Positions 22,497 to 49,456 of a stretch of 62,154 nucleotides of DNA are shown piece after piece. Source of the stretch: Reclinomonas americana ATCC 50394 (Eukaryota); the NCBI GenBank assembly GCA_048213135.1, contig PS015020.1, positions 80,173-142,326 of the forward strand, given 5' to 3'. How positions within the stretch are numbered: position 1 is the stretch's first letter; each line of letters starts with the position of its first letter. The notes below the pieces were generated by a model. That model searched no databases. It was not told the origin of the DNA and saw only the letters and a program-made list of their open reading frames with translations. The position numbers and the translations under genes were made by a program.

Positions 22497-25400
22497 TTAC
22501 CTGCCCACTGTGCTGGCCTTGACACGCTCCTCCAACGCCGCCAGCTTCTGCAGCTGTTGCGCATTGCCAATGTCAGTCGCCCCGCAGACACACAAAGTAC
22601 GAGAGCTGGCACACACATACCAGCACTTCGGAGTCGTCGTGAAAGTAAACAAACAGGTTGCGCAGGTCGACCTCGTACGCTGGCATGCGCTCCAACATCT
22701 GCGGGACCACGATTGAGCCACGGTGAGCGAGGCATGTCAGAACATGGGTCGCACAAACCTCGCCCTTTTGCTGCCTCTCCGCCAGCAACGTCTCCAGCTC
22801 CTCGGCCAACTGCATGGTCACTCGCTCGAGTCGTTCCCTCGCGTCCACCAGTCGCTTCGGGGTGAGCACAATCTGCCCGCCACCGGCACTGTCCGACAGC
22901 ACACGCATGATGGACTCAAAGTCGTTTCGTCTGCATCACCCCTCGCGTATCAGTAAACGTGCCGATTCTGCACACGAAAAAAACGGCACGCAACAGCTGC
23001 TGGACTGAGAGCCGAATGTTGGCACCGGCGGCCTCCAGGCTCTTGGCCAGCGTGGCCACGTTCTGCACCAACGATTCGGCGGCCTTGACCACACCCTTGT
23101 AGCTCACAAAGATGCCCGACTGCGCCGTCGAGTCCACACAACCATGAGTTGATTCAAACGCGAAGGCATCAAAAAACCACCACACGCAACATCCTGCTGC
23201 TGCTGCAGTGGGGAGGCTTGATCACCGCTGCCGCCACTGGCTGCACCCACTTGCAGGAAGCGATGCACGCGTGTCCACAGTACATCGCGCGAGTCCACCG
23301 TGGCGCGCTTTGGAGTGGCCGCCATTTCCTCCACCGCTTCGTACACGTTCTGTGCACAAGCACACGAGCGCGGAGAGAGTCAGGAATCTCACAGTCGCGC
23401 TGAATGTAAACGATGCCCACCATTCGCAGTTTCCAGCCAGCCGCCGCCTGCGACAGCGTTTGTTGGCAGCTGCCGAGAAGCACCACCGTGTCGCGATGTG
23501 CCTGCATTTCGGCGACAAGTGCGTGCTGCAAGAACAAGTGACGTCCCGACTGTGCCACCAGCTCGTCAATGACCTGCGACCCATGGGTGAGAAGACATCG
23601 ACAACCAGCCCCGCCTCCTAGTCACACACACGCAACTCGCTGCTGCTTGCGCAGCTGGTACTGTTGGCGTGCAATCTTGTATCGATAGTCACCCTATGCA
23701 GCCAGTCGTGAGTGCACTCTGCTGCTGCATTCTCTTTCTCATCACTCTTCCACGCACCTCCAACACATCACACCACACGAGCTGTGCCAGCTCCTTGTAC
23801 AGCGCCGGCAGCTCCTTTTGCTGCAAACGCTCGCACATGGTGACGTACTCACGCGTGTGCATGCGTGCCTCCTCCGCCTGCGTCCGCCACGCCACCACAT
23901 CACTCTTGGCGATCGGGCCGGAATGCAATCCAGTCACACGCAGAGCGTCCATCGACTGTCGCAACCATCGTTCCTGTGCCTGCAGTCCGGCCAGTTCCGC
24001 AGCCGCCACAATGCGCTGCTGCTGCGTCAGTGGATAACTGCACGAGCCAACGCACAAGTCAATGGCAATGAAGGAAGGTGACATGCGCGACGCGTCTGCG
24101 CAACATGCTCTGCAAGCGCGTCATTTCTCGAGTGTACTCCTTGTGGCGGGCCGCCGACTCGCCCTTGACGAGAAGCAGAGTGCGCGGATTCTCGAGAGCC
24201 GAGCGCACACTGGCTTTGGAGCCGTCATCGGCACGAGGCTGCACCAACCAGATGTGGTCAGCAAGGAGAAGCTCTTTGCTCCGCCGCAAAGCAAAGACGC
24301 AAACCTGTGCGTTCAGTTTGTGTGCGTAGTGGCTGAGGGCACGCATCAGATCGTCGTCGGCCGCCGTGTAGGCCAGCAACGGTGTGCGTGACAGCAACGC
24401 TGCGGGTTCACCAGGCTGCAGCACGCCAGTCAGCTCGTTCACACTGTTGTCGAGGTCGGAGAGCACGGCGTCTGTCTCGCGATCCAGCTGCTGCAGCTTC
24501 ATCTGCAGCTCGCGAATGTACACATCAGAGCCGAAGGGCGCCACTGCCGACGACGTGGGCGATCCAGACGAGCTTCCTCCGCCGCCGCCACCACCACTGC
24601 CAGCAGTGGTGGCCTTGCGCGAGTGCGTTGCCGTAATGGCCGCCTGCAGCCGATTGCGCTGATGCGTGCTCTTGCGCAGCTTGCCCTGCAATCGCTCCAG
24701 CTCACTCGTCAACTCCTCCACCTCGGCCCTGCGGCGACAAAGGCCGGTGTGAGCACCACACTTGAAGAGAATAGACGACGATGATATGGTCGCGACAAAA
24801 CTGCAGCGCCGGCATGCTGTCCATGGTCAGCACTTCTCCGCCACCACCCGCTCGAATCGCCGACATGGCCTCGTCCAGAGCGTGACCCTGTGCTCACAGT
24901 GAGACAACAGATCTCAGCAGAAACAAGAGAGAGAGGCTTGCCTCCAGTGCAAGGCCCGCTGCCGTCAGTTCCTCATACCTGTGCACAGACAGACACCAGC
25001 AAACTCAGGGAGTGCGAGAGAGAGAGAGAGAGNNNNNNNNNNNNNNNNNNNNNNNNNNNNNNNNNNNNNNNNNNNNNNNNNNNNNNNNNNNNNNNNNNNN
25101 NNNNNNNNNNNNNNNNNNNNNNNNNNNNNNNNNNNNNNNNNNNNNNNNNNNNNNNNNNNNNNNNNNNNNNNNNNNNNNNNNNNNNNNNNNNNNNNNNNNN
25201 NNNNNNNNNNNNNNNNNNNNNNNNNNNNNNNNNNNNNNNNNNNNNNNNNNNNNNNNNNNNNNNNNNNNNNNNNNNNNNNNNNNNNNNNNNNNNNNNNNNN
25301 NNNNNNNNNNNNNNNNNNNNNNNNNNNNNNNNNNNNNNNNNNNNNNNNNNNNNNNNNNNNNNNNNNNNNNNNNNNNNNNNNNNNNNNNNNNNNNNNNNNN

Positions 25401-25746
25401 NNNNNNNNNNNNNNNNNNNNNNNNNNNNNNNNNNNNNNNNNNNNNNNNNNNNNNNCGAGGGTCACACTGACCGCGCCAACTCGTCGTCGCCGAGAGTGTT
25501 GCGACCGGAACGCACACCGCCTTTGGCCAGCCATCGCGCCAAGTCCTGCATCACAGGCGCCTCCAGTGCCCACTCCAGTGCCTCGGCTTCTGCACGGATC
25601 GCCGCAGCATTCGTCTCACCACTGGCCGGCCGGTAACCGAGACGGCACAGGGCCTCGACCTGTGTGGGAGTGAGATGAAGAAAGGGGCGAGTGGGAAAGA
25701 GAGAGAGAGGAGGAAGCGCAACAAAGTCGACTGCGCTCTGTGACAT
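22497..25746 (-). CDS. HAUS3: HAUS augmin complex subunit 3
   Basis: N-terminus DF|VEALCRLGY...LEWALE..LARWLA..NTLGDDELAR; EMTRLQS; GDYRYKIARQQYQLRKQ; QSGRHLFL; C-terminal RNLFVYFH; coiled-coil body. Confidence 0.85.
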
Positions 25747-25926
25747 GCGCAAANNNNNNNNNNNNNNNNNNNNNNNNNNNNNNNNNNNNNNNNNNNNNNN
25801 NNNNNNNNNNNNNNNNNNNNNNNNNNNNNNNNNNNNNNNNNNNNNNNNNNNNNNNNNNNNNNNNNNNNNNNNNNNNNNNNNNNNNNNNNNNNNNNNNNNN
25901 NNNNNNNNNNCAAAGAAGAATGGCGA

Positions 25927-25938
25927 TTTCGCGCCAAA
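25927..25938. promoter_or_regulatory. Candidate double (overlapping inverted) E2F site TTTCGCGCCAAA upstream of HAUS3
   Basis: Matches TTTSSCGC on both strands; lies in the HAUS3/USP40 divergent intergenic region. Confidence 0.45.
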
Positions 25939-26289
25939 TTTTGTGGATCGCAAGCGACGTTCGATGTGAAGTGCCTTCACTTTCATTGTCTCCGGCCTTC
26001 CCATAGTAAGCAGCGCACTCTTCGGTGACGAGTATCGTGCCTGCGGCAATGGACGCAGAGAGGAAGGGGGGTTTCGAGACAGCTTCGAAGTCCATCGCAG
26101 GACAAGTCGTCAACTCCCTCAACAACCGGGCAAGCATTTTGCACGCGCATTGTGCCACCATCCCTACCGCATTCCCTCCACACCCCCGCCGGCAAACAGG
26201 CAACCTGCAACACACAGGACAAAGGGCTAAATTTGGCATTCCCTACTTTTCTCCGTCGTGTTGTGCTCTTCGCTGTTGTCCGCGTGACG

Positions 26290-34834
<8,545 letters not shown>

Positions 34835-34985
34835 GTCCTGTGCACAATGTGTGTGTGCGTGCGTGTCTCTCGATCTCTCTCTCTTTCTCTCTCATACCGT
34901 CGTCACTCGTAAACATGAACAACAACAACAACAACAACATCGATGAGGGAGCCAGAGTGATATGAAATCATTTACACAGCGAGGT

Positions 34986-37900
34986 TTATTTTCTTGCGGC
35001 GACGCGCGCCGTGTGTCGCTCAGACGCACGGTGCAGTGCAGTCGGCAGGTCGCGCACCAGGTCGCCGCGGGGTGGATTACCCACCGTCACGCGCAGTTGC
35101 AGCCGGGTGGGTGGGTCGTCGGTGGAAATCAGTCGGACACGCTCGTCGCCAAGCAGCGACGCAAATGCCTCGGTGCACAACTTGGCGCTGAGCATCCAGT
35201 TGGCCGCGTTCGACGCACTGGCGCCCACGTCATTGTGATCGTCGCCGTCGTCGTCGGGCGTCACCTCAAAATCAATGTCGAGTGTGCCACTCTGCAACAC
35301 GTAGCGCACTCCGCTGGGCGGAAAGTCGCCGAGTGCAGCGTCGAGAACACGATCCACTTGTCGCGCGACCTCCTTGCCACACGCACGAGGTGTGCGTGGC
35401 GGCGGACTGGCGGCATCAGTGGCACTAACGACGGCGACAGCAACAGGTGTGGCGCGCACAGGCACGGGAACCGGAGGCAGCAGAGTGAGTTGAGGCATTG
35501 GCGGGCGTGCCATCGACACGCCCACTTCGTCGCCACCCATTGTGCTCCCGACATCGTCATAGTCGTCGTCGCCGTCGTCGGTGAACGACAGAGAATGCTG
35601 CCGACCACCGAAGCGCTGCGACGACAGCGGTGTGGTTGCAGCGGAGGCTGGTCTCTCCAGTTGTGCAGCCGACATGCGGCCGTGCACGTCGGCCTCCGCA
35701 TTGTCGCACAACTCGGCAATCTCACCCTCGCTCTTGCCAAGTTGCTTGCCGACCTCGACCAACTTGGCGCGCATGCGCTGCCGATCGGCGCCGAATTTCT
35801 CCACCAGCGCAGCAGCATCCCGGGCACGCACCAGTCGCTCCTCCACCTTGTCGAATAGTTGTGCGTGGCGGAGCGCGGCCACCTTTTCGGAATGGCGCTC
35901 AAACTCCTGCTGCAGCAGAATCTGTCGTTCCACCGCCAACTGCAACTCCACCGTCAAGCGGTTCCAGTACGCCTCGAGGAGAGCCGGCAGCACAATGGTG
36001 CGTTCGTCGGTGACCCACGTCTCAAAATCGGTCAGGTTGAGGGCGGCCAGTTCGCGACTCGATTGCACAAACCACGTCGGCAATGCCGTGGTGTGATCCA
36101 CCGCATCCGCAAACGCCTCCAGTCGCGTCGAGAGTGACGCAGCGCGCGTCTGCAACGAGGGCATCATGCGCGCAACGCCGGCGATAATCTGCACGTCCAG
36201 AATGCATTTTAGTTTGCAGGCCTGCAAACCAGACAGACACGTAGGCCGCACACACCTGCGATTCGGTCTTGTTGTCGGCAATCCGTCGCTGCAGCTCCTG
36301 CAGCTGCGCAGCCAGCACGGCTCGTTCCTCTTCCACGCGCTGCTGGCACGAACGCACAGTGCGCTCGGCGTGCTCTGTCAGTCCTCGTAGACGAGTGGCG
36401 TGCTCGCGAGTGCCGCTCTGCCCACTGACACAGGCGGCCAGCATCTGTTCCCATTGCTGGGCGTGCACACCGCCGCTGGCACTCGCTTGCAGCCAGTCGC
36501 CCCACACAGACACGTCGGTGTCGTGAGCCGCACGCGACGAAGCCACGCGGGCGTCGGTGCACGAGTGCTGCAGTAGTTGGGATCAGCAACGGAGAAACGA
36601 AAAAGAAAAGGGCGGACAAGTGAAAGTGCGCACCGTGGACGCTTGCAGTGCGTCGCGCGTGGCCAGCTGTTGTTCGTGAGCTTGCTCGACCAGCGAGAGG
36701 GAACGACTGAGTTCGTGCTCATCGCCGGCGACTCGCCGCAGTGCGTCGCCGACAGCCACGGCCTGCGCACACAGCTCCTGCACGTGCTCGGTGAGCAGCG
36801 CCACGGCTGCGGTCGCTGGCGGAAACGCCGTGATACAAGACGGTGGTATGTCGGCAAGACGGCGCTGGCAGTCGGCCAGAAAGTCGCGGGTGCGAGTGCA
36901 CACGTGCGCCGCACATTTCTCCGTCACTGCGGCCGGCGTGTTCATGCTGCCGGTGGGCGACGACGCGAAGGATGCCAACGACTGTGACAACGTCGGCAGT
37001 GACAGCGGATCGTGCGACGACAGCTGAGGTTGCTTCCCGCCCGCAGGCGGCAGTGCGCTGGCGTGCCGCTCGCCGTCGACCACCAAACGGGCCAGTTCAC
37101 GAAAGATTTCACGTTCCAGCTCCCACACTCGCTGCTGGAGTCCCTTGTCGGCTGAACGAGGGAAGAAGAACAATTGCACGTCATTGTGACCACATGCTCT
37201 TCATCACTACACACACTTACCAGCCTCGGGCAACACCAGCTTGTCGGCAGCAACGAGATCGTGTGGCGCCAGACTGTGTCTCATCTCGAACGAGTAGTGC
37301 ATGCCGGGTAGCAGATCGGTAATGTCGCACTTGCCAGAGCGGCCCTTGATCAATCGCAATCGCACCACCTCCACCCCAAACGACTCGGTGACGACGGTGA
37401 CATCGAAGCGGGAGTCGGGCAGCGGCAACGACTGCGGAATCGGGCAATCGTGGCCGAGCGCCTCGACAATCCACGGTGCATACTCGTCGGCATCGAAAAA
37501 TGGCCGCGGATCCCAAGACAACTCGACACCAAACGACAGCGCCTTCCAGCGCACTTCTAGCATGGCTGCGCAAACATATCCACGCAGTCAGCCACCGTTG
37601 CGTCACGCAAGGCCGACAACTGTGCGTACGCACGATCATCCGGGCACTCGACATCCAGCCACGCTCCGCGCACCCACTCGGTGTCGACACGGGATTTCGT
37701 CGGCGACGCCGGTGTGGTGGCATTGACAGACGACGACCACTCCACAGGCACAACGCGCGCTTCGAGTCGAAAGCGATGCACGACGCCCGGCTCGAGTTCT
37801 GACACCACCACTCCCCACACTCCCGGATGCTGGGTCTGCACGATGCGCACGTCATGGACCACTGCCACTCAGAAGAACATCGCCAGTCAGTGAGTAGGTG

Positions 37901-39862
37901 AATAAATGAATGAGAAGGAAAACTCTGCATCAGGAGCTGACCTTGTGTGCGTTCGTTGTCGTCGGCTCGCTGGTGCACCAGTCGCACGTCCGCTCGGGGA
38001 GGCAGACGGAACGCGTCAAACTTGAACATGGCCACTCGGCCACCACATCCAATCAACGGAATGCGCTGCAGTGGCGGAACATGCTCCGGTAGTACTGCGA
38101 GGTGATGGAGGCACGATTATTTGAAGAAAGTGTGGGAATCACGCAGTCGCAGTGCGACCGAACCAACCTTGCAGCGCATACACCTTGATGGTCTTGTCGC
38201 GCGATCCCGACGCCACGTGCACCAAATTTGCACTCCACGACACCGAAACGACGCTGGCGCTGTGGTCGGCTTGTGTGTGCAAGCACTCGCCAGTTTCGGC
38301 GCTCCACACGCGCACCGTCTCGTCCCACGAACTGGAGACCAAGTGCATTCCACTCGGATGCCACGCAAGATCGCGGCACTCGTCCGTGTGACCGACGAGT
38401 GTCATGAGTGACTCGGCACGTTCACACACACCACCGGCGTCGACAGGCACCGTCGCATCCCATATCCGGATGGTGCGGTCGAACGAGGATGTCGCCACAC
38501 GATCGCCTCGTGGAGACCACGCCACTCCAAACACCTGCATGTGCACGCCGGTCAGCTCCACAGCAGAGCGATATCGAGGGGGGGAAAAGATCAAGCTAGC
38601 GGAAACGAGACCTGATCCTTGTGGCCCATTAATACGAGCACACACTGAAACGATTGCATGTCCCACACGCGGGCAGTGAGGTCGGCCGACGATGAAATGA
38701 GGTATCTTCCGTCGGGGCTAAAGCTGACGAGGAAGGTCGGTGCTGGTGGGGGGGAAAGTGGTTGTGAGGGGCAGAGAAGAGAGGAAAGAGGGAAGACAAA
38801 TGGAATGAAACGACGCGAGGAATGTAAAGACAGGCCCGTCTGATCTCGAACAAACCTGCATGACCGGTGAGTGTGGCGAGGTGGCGTCCGCGCATGGACC
38901 ACACACGGACAGTGCGGTCGTGACTCGCCGAGGCCACCATGTCCCCAGTCGGTGACACGGCGACGCCGACCACCATTTTCTCGTGGCCTTCCCATGTGGC
39001 CACACACGGCACCTCAATCGCCCCACCAGAGACCACAGTCGACGTGTCCCACACCTTCACCGTCATGTCGTTGCTGCCGGAGACCAGATGCCGACCGTCG
39101 GGAGTCCATGCAACCTGCCGAGCGTGCAATCGGTCACGAGAAACAAATTCAAGATTGAATGTGCTTGCAAGATGCGTACCGATCGAACGTGCGCCGAGTG
39201 TCCTTCGAGGATAGCCAGTGATCGGCCCATGCCAGTGTCCCACAGTCGGACTGAGGAGCACAGAGTGAGCGACGCAGGCAAATTTGATGTTCAAAATCGG
39301 CAACCGGCGCTGTGTGCATCTGTCTGAGTGTGGCAGCAACCGCCTCGAATCCCACAAATGTGCACGCAGAGTGACTTGTGAGATCGTGCACAAAGGAAGA
39401 GAACGACAAGCCATGTGTGATTCACTCCGCGCACATATGAGAGCATTTTGAGACATGATGATGGGAAGACGATCATGCCCAAGACTCTCGTTCCTTCCCT
39501 ACGCGTCCCTCTCAGCTATCTAACAAACGCAACACATACACTCTCCGGCTTGTCACAACACACACAGACGCAGATATTCGAACACGGACCACGCACGTGC
39601 CTGCACTCGCTCATGTGCCTCACACACTCTCTCACACAGTCACACACACACACACAGAGACACACACATGACAACGCAACTTGTTCCATCAACAGAGCAC
39701 GAGGCAAGCAACGTCGGCACAGTCGGACAAAATGCGACCGACTGTCACACACACACACTCTTCAGTCACACGCAACACACACTCTCTCATATACGCACAT
39801 AGAGGCGAGCGCACCTGAATCCACTTGGTGTGGCCCGTCAGCTCACACACCTCCCGCAACAT
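34986..39862 (-). CDS. WD40-repeat plus two FN3-like domains plus coiled-coil protein
   Basis: MLREVCELTGHTKWIQ|SVAFCP..LLASCSVDGT|IRLWD and further GH..WD repeats; FN3-like VVVSELEPGVVHRFRLEAR and CDITDLLPGMHYSFEMRH; long heptad-rich C-terminal half. Confidence 0.75.
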
Positions 39863-39927
39863 GCCTTCTCTCGTCCAATGCCACAAACCGAAACGGTTGG
39901 ACAAACATCCGCGTGACTCATGGTGTA

Positions 39928-39935
39928 TTTCGCGC
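39928..39935 (+). promoter_or_regulatory. Candidate E2F site TTTCGCGC in the WD40/SMC5 divergent promoter
   Basis: Consensus match about 90 bp upstream of the SMC5 ATG; a single 8-mer can occur by chance. Confidence 0.3.
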
Positions 39936-40024
39936 ACTTTGTAGGAAACCCACCAACTTGAACTTTGTGTGCGAGAGAGAAAGTGTGTGTGCGTGCACGT
40001 GTGTTGTGTGTGTGTGTTTGTGTC

Positions 40025-45524
<5,500 letters not shown>

Positions 45525-45697
45525 GATGTGTGTGCGACGAGAGAGGAAGACAAGTCGATGAAAAGTGAAGCGTTTTGACAAGAGACTACGAGAAATGCAC
45601 TCGAGAGAGTTTACACACACACACACAACTAGAACAAGGCAGACACAAACAAACAACGAAACAATCAAGCTGACAGACAGACAGACAGATAATAGCA

Positions 45698-47276
45698 TTA
45701 CTTTTGAGCAAAACCCTGCACCACAGCAAGCACCCAGTCAGTGAAATGTGCGCGCGTGCTGGGTGAATCAAGAAAGAGAGGACGCAACAAAGCCACCAAT
45801 GGACGGCGACGAGAACGGATTGTAGTACGAGCCACCAAACGGCGGCGCCACCTGCGACGGCTCCATCATGCTCGCACCGCTGCGCTGCCTTGTGAGTACG
45901 AGGAAAACAAAATCTGCACAGCACCGCCGACATGGACAGCTATACCTTGGCGCAATCAATGAGGACGGCATGTAGGCCGGCGAGTGCTGCTGCATATGTG
46001 GGGCACGCGCAGGAAGCATTGGCTGCGGCGACAGACCGGACATCATGAAAGACCCGAGGAACGATGATGATGGGTCACTGCCGCCACCGCCGCCGCCGCC
46101 GCCGTAGGCAGACGACGGAGCACCGCCACCCATGAACGGCGGCATATGGAAGCCCGTCGAAAACGGGCCACCGAACGACGAGTATTCGCCACCACCGCCC
46201 GCAGCCGCCGCCGCCACCGACGACGACGAAGACATTTGATGCGAGGGTGCAAACGGCGGCGAAATCACGGGCGAGCCCACCGCCTCACGCACAAAGCCCA
46301 TGCCGCCAAGAGGGCCAGCGCCCACCGGCGACACTACGACCTTGGAAACGGGATCCGACATTGGTCCTTGTCCAAACAGCTGGTGCGAAGGAGCCGGTGC
46401 GTGCAGGCGCGACACCCCGTGTGAGTTCCCAGATCCCAGCAAGCCGCCCGAGCTGGACACAAACGCGTTGGTGGTAGTGGCGGTGGTAGCGGCCGACGCT
46501 GGCACTGGCATTGGCGGCGTCATCGACTGTGGCGGCGGCGGAACCGACGGCGACAGCACGCTCGACACGGGAGGGGCGAACAAAGGCTGCGCACCAAAGA
46601 CATCAAACGAGCGCGACACACCACCGACCATGGTGTGCGGTGACGTCGTGGTGGTGGTGGTGGTGGTGGTGAACGATGTCGGCGGGCCCGAAAGCGGAAG
46701 CATCGGTGGCGCCACGGCATTCACAGGCACCGAGGGCGCAGCCACAGCAGGCGAGGGGGCCACGGTCGCAAAGTCGAATTTGCTGCAGAAACAAAGAGGA
46801 GTCAGCGCGCGGAGTGGGTGGCGAGATGAGGAATCACGGAATCACCGTTCAACTCGCGGCTGCGGTGGCGCAACGGCAGACGGCACAGGCTCGACGGGTG
46901 CTTGCGGCACCAGCATCGAAGGTGCGGTCTTGGAGGCTGAGAGAGAAAGAGAGCAACAAAGTGAGTCAACTTCCACAACCCAAAAAGATGATGACTTGGA
47001 AACAAAGTGTCGACGCAACCCCACGTGGTGACGGTACGCTCGGGGCTTCTGTCTGCCGCGTTCTTCTTCTTGCGCTGTGGCCCATTGACGGTAGCTCCCG
47101 TGGCCTCCGGTGCCGTCGCCGACAAAGACGAGGGCGATGTGGCGGTTGAGCCCTTGCCACCCTCCGCAACAACCGGTGATGCCACAGAAGCAGCAGCGGC
47201 AGCGGCCGCTTGCTTGTTCTGCTTTCGCCGAGCGCTCTTGCTCTCTGCCACCACGGGTGCGGCAGGTGGCGGCGTC

Positions 47277-47307
<31 letters not shown>

Positions 47308-49456
47308 CCTGCTGCCGTCGTTGTTCGGCTTCGCGACGCTTCCTCTCCTCCAACGCCGCCTGCTCCTCCTGCTGGCGCCGTCGACGCAGAGCCTCCTCTT
47401 CTGCGCGACGCTGGCGCTCGGCCTCCTGTCGTTTCGCCTCCTCCGCCTTGCGTCGCTGGCGTTCAGCTTCCTCACGTTTTCGCTGCTGCTCCAGCTGCAA
47501 CTTGCGCTCGGCCTCCAGAGTCTTCTGCTGCTGCTCCTCGCGCTTCTTTTGTCGCTTCTCCTTCTCCTTCTGGCTCTTCTGCTCCTTGCGCTGGCGCTTC
47601 TCCTCCTCGCGCTTCTCCTCCAACTCCATCTCGCGCAGCAGACGATGTTGATTGGCCAGCGCCACCAGATCCTTGTATGCCATGAGCACTTTCTGCAAGA
47701 GGGGTGGACGAATGTTCAGGCATACACAAAAGGGAAAAATGGGAGTTGAAGGGGAACAAACCTGGATAAAGAGACGGGCCACAAAGATCTGGAAGAAGAA
47801 CCTGGCCTCCTGTCGACGACACTGCGGTTTCTGGCACGGATCCTCCTCTCCCGCAGCAGCCGCACCTGCACTGACAGCCTCCATCACGGCCGATGTGACT
47901 GCAGGGTCGGCGTCGTGTGCCATGTCGGCCGGAACAATGACGACGTCGTCATCGTTTTCGCTGTCGTCGTCATCGTCGTCGTCCTCGTCGGACTGCGTGA
48001 ATGCATTCATCCGGGTGAGCCAGCAGCAGCAACAATACACAGATAAAGCAGTGCCGGTACGAAACGTAGTCGTCGTCCTCATCATCCTCCTCGTCATCTT
48101 CATCATCGTCCATGTCTTCGTCATCGTCGTCCTCGTCGTCGTCTTCGTCGTCCATGTACGCCGCTGTAGCACCACCCATCACATAAGTTCCTTGCCGGCC
48201 GCCGCCACACACATCCCCACTCTCTCTCTCAATTCAAGTCAAACACCCACCATCACCACGACTCAAGCCACCCTCGTGGTCGTCATCGTCAATGTCGCTG
48301 CCGTCGTACGAAGATCCGCCGTCGTCATCGTCATCCATGTGGCCGGCGTGCCCGGCAGCCGCGGAGCCGCCATAAACATCCGCAGAACAATGCGATGCGG
48401 GTGCAAATGTCGCCGGAGTGACAAAACATCCCGTCTCCAACCACTTCTGGTAGTAGTGTTGGAAGGCGTGCGAGCGAAAGGAGAGTGTGTCCTTCTCGTC
48501 AAACAAGTCCATGACGCGATCCATAATGTCCGCAAAGTGACAGCCGCCGTCGCTGGTGGGTGGTGCGCGGTGAGGGGCAAAAAAAGGAAGAACGGGAAAA
48601 GGGGAGAACAAGGGGAAGAAGAGACAGCAAGTGGAGCAAGAGAAGCAGAAATTGTGACGGGCTCTTCTATGTGCACGTCTTTCCACGCAACGAAAAGAAT
48701 TCCTCCAGCAGCGTGACATGCGCATTCTCCGTCATGAGACATTCTCCAAACGGTAACTCCGTCCGCCCCGCGGTTGCAAAGGCCGACGACTGCGATGCTG
48801 GAGGCGGCGGTGGTGGTGGTGGCGGGGGTGGAAGTTGAAGCTGCTGCTGTTGCTGCGGGTGCGGAGGTGGCCCGCTCTCCACTGCCCGTGGAGATGAACC
48901 CGCCTGCAACTGCAATCTCTGCAGCTGCTCCTCCCCCTTTTCTTGTTGCTCCGCCTGCAGCTGCTGCTGCTGCTGCTGCTTCGCCTGCTGCAGTTGGTAA
49001 TGGTAGTGGTGATGGTGGTGATGATGGTGGAGAAGATGATGATGGTGGTAATGGTGATGCATGTTCCCATACGTGGCCCGACGTGCTCTCGCCGCATACG
49101 ACTGCGCCAACGACGACGCTGCCGCCGGGTCGCTCTCCAGCGCCCGCAAGTGATCCGTACCACGATCTCTCAACTCCTTGCAGTACTCTACACACATGAG
49201 CGAGTCAGCACGCGAGACGCAATGCGCAAGGGGGGGGGGGGGGGGAGGGGAGGGGAGGGACGACGACGACGACACACTACGTACGTACGNNNNNNNNNNN
49301 NNNNNNNNNAGCCGCGGCTGCGCGCGCGGCGGCGGCGGCATCGGCGGCCGCAGCTGCTGCCGCGGAGGGGTTCATTGTGTGCGGCGCCTGCTGTTGCTGC
49401 TGCTGCTGTTGCTTGCTGCCACCACCGCGGTGGTGCTTCTTCTTGCTCTTGCCCAT
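45698..49456 (-). CDS. NST1-like stress-response coiled-coil protein
   Basis: PFGECLMTENAHVTLLEEFFSDGGCHFADIMDRV and RRQEARFFFQIFVARLFIQKVLMAYKDLVA..HRLLREMELEE resemble the fungal Nst1 blocks (FGNSL..[38 protein letters not shown]). K-rich start MGKSKKK; His, Gln and Asp tracts. Confidence 0.75.

Noticed and set aside
25911-26240. Possible snRNA (hairpin plus AATTTTGTGG Sm-like site) or ~110-aa ORF between HAUS3 and USP40
   Set aside because: No recognisable U-snRNA loops, upstream context is lost in the gap, and the ORF has no motif. An Rfam scan would settle it.
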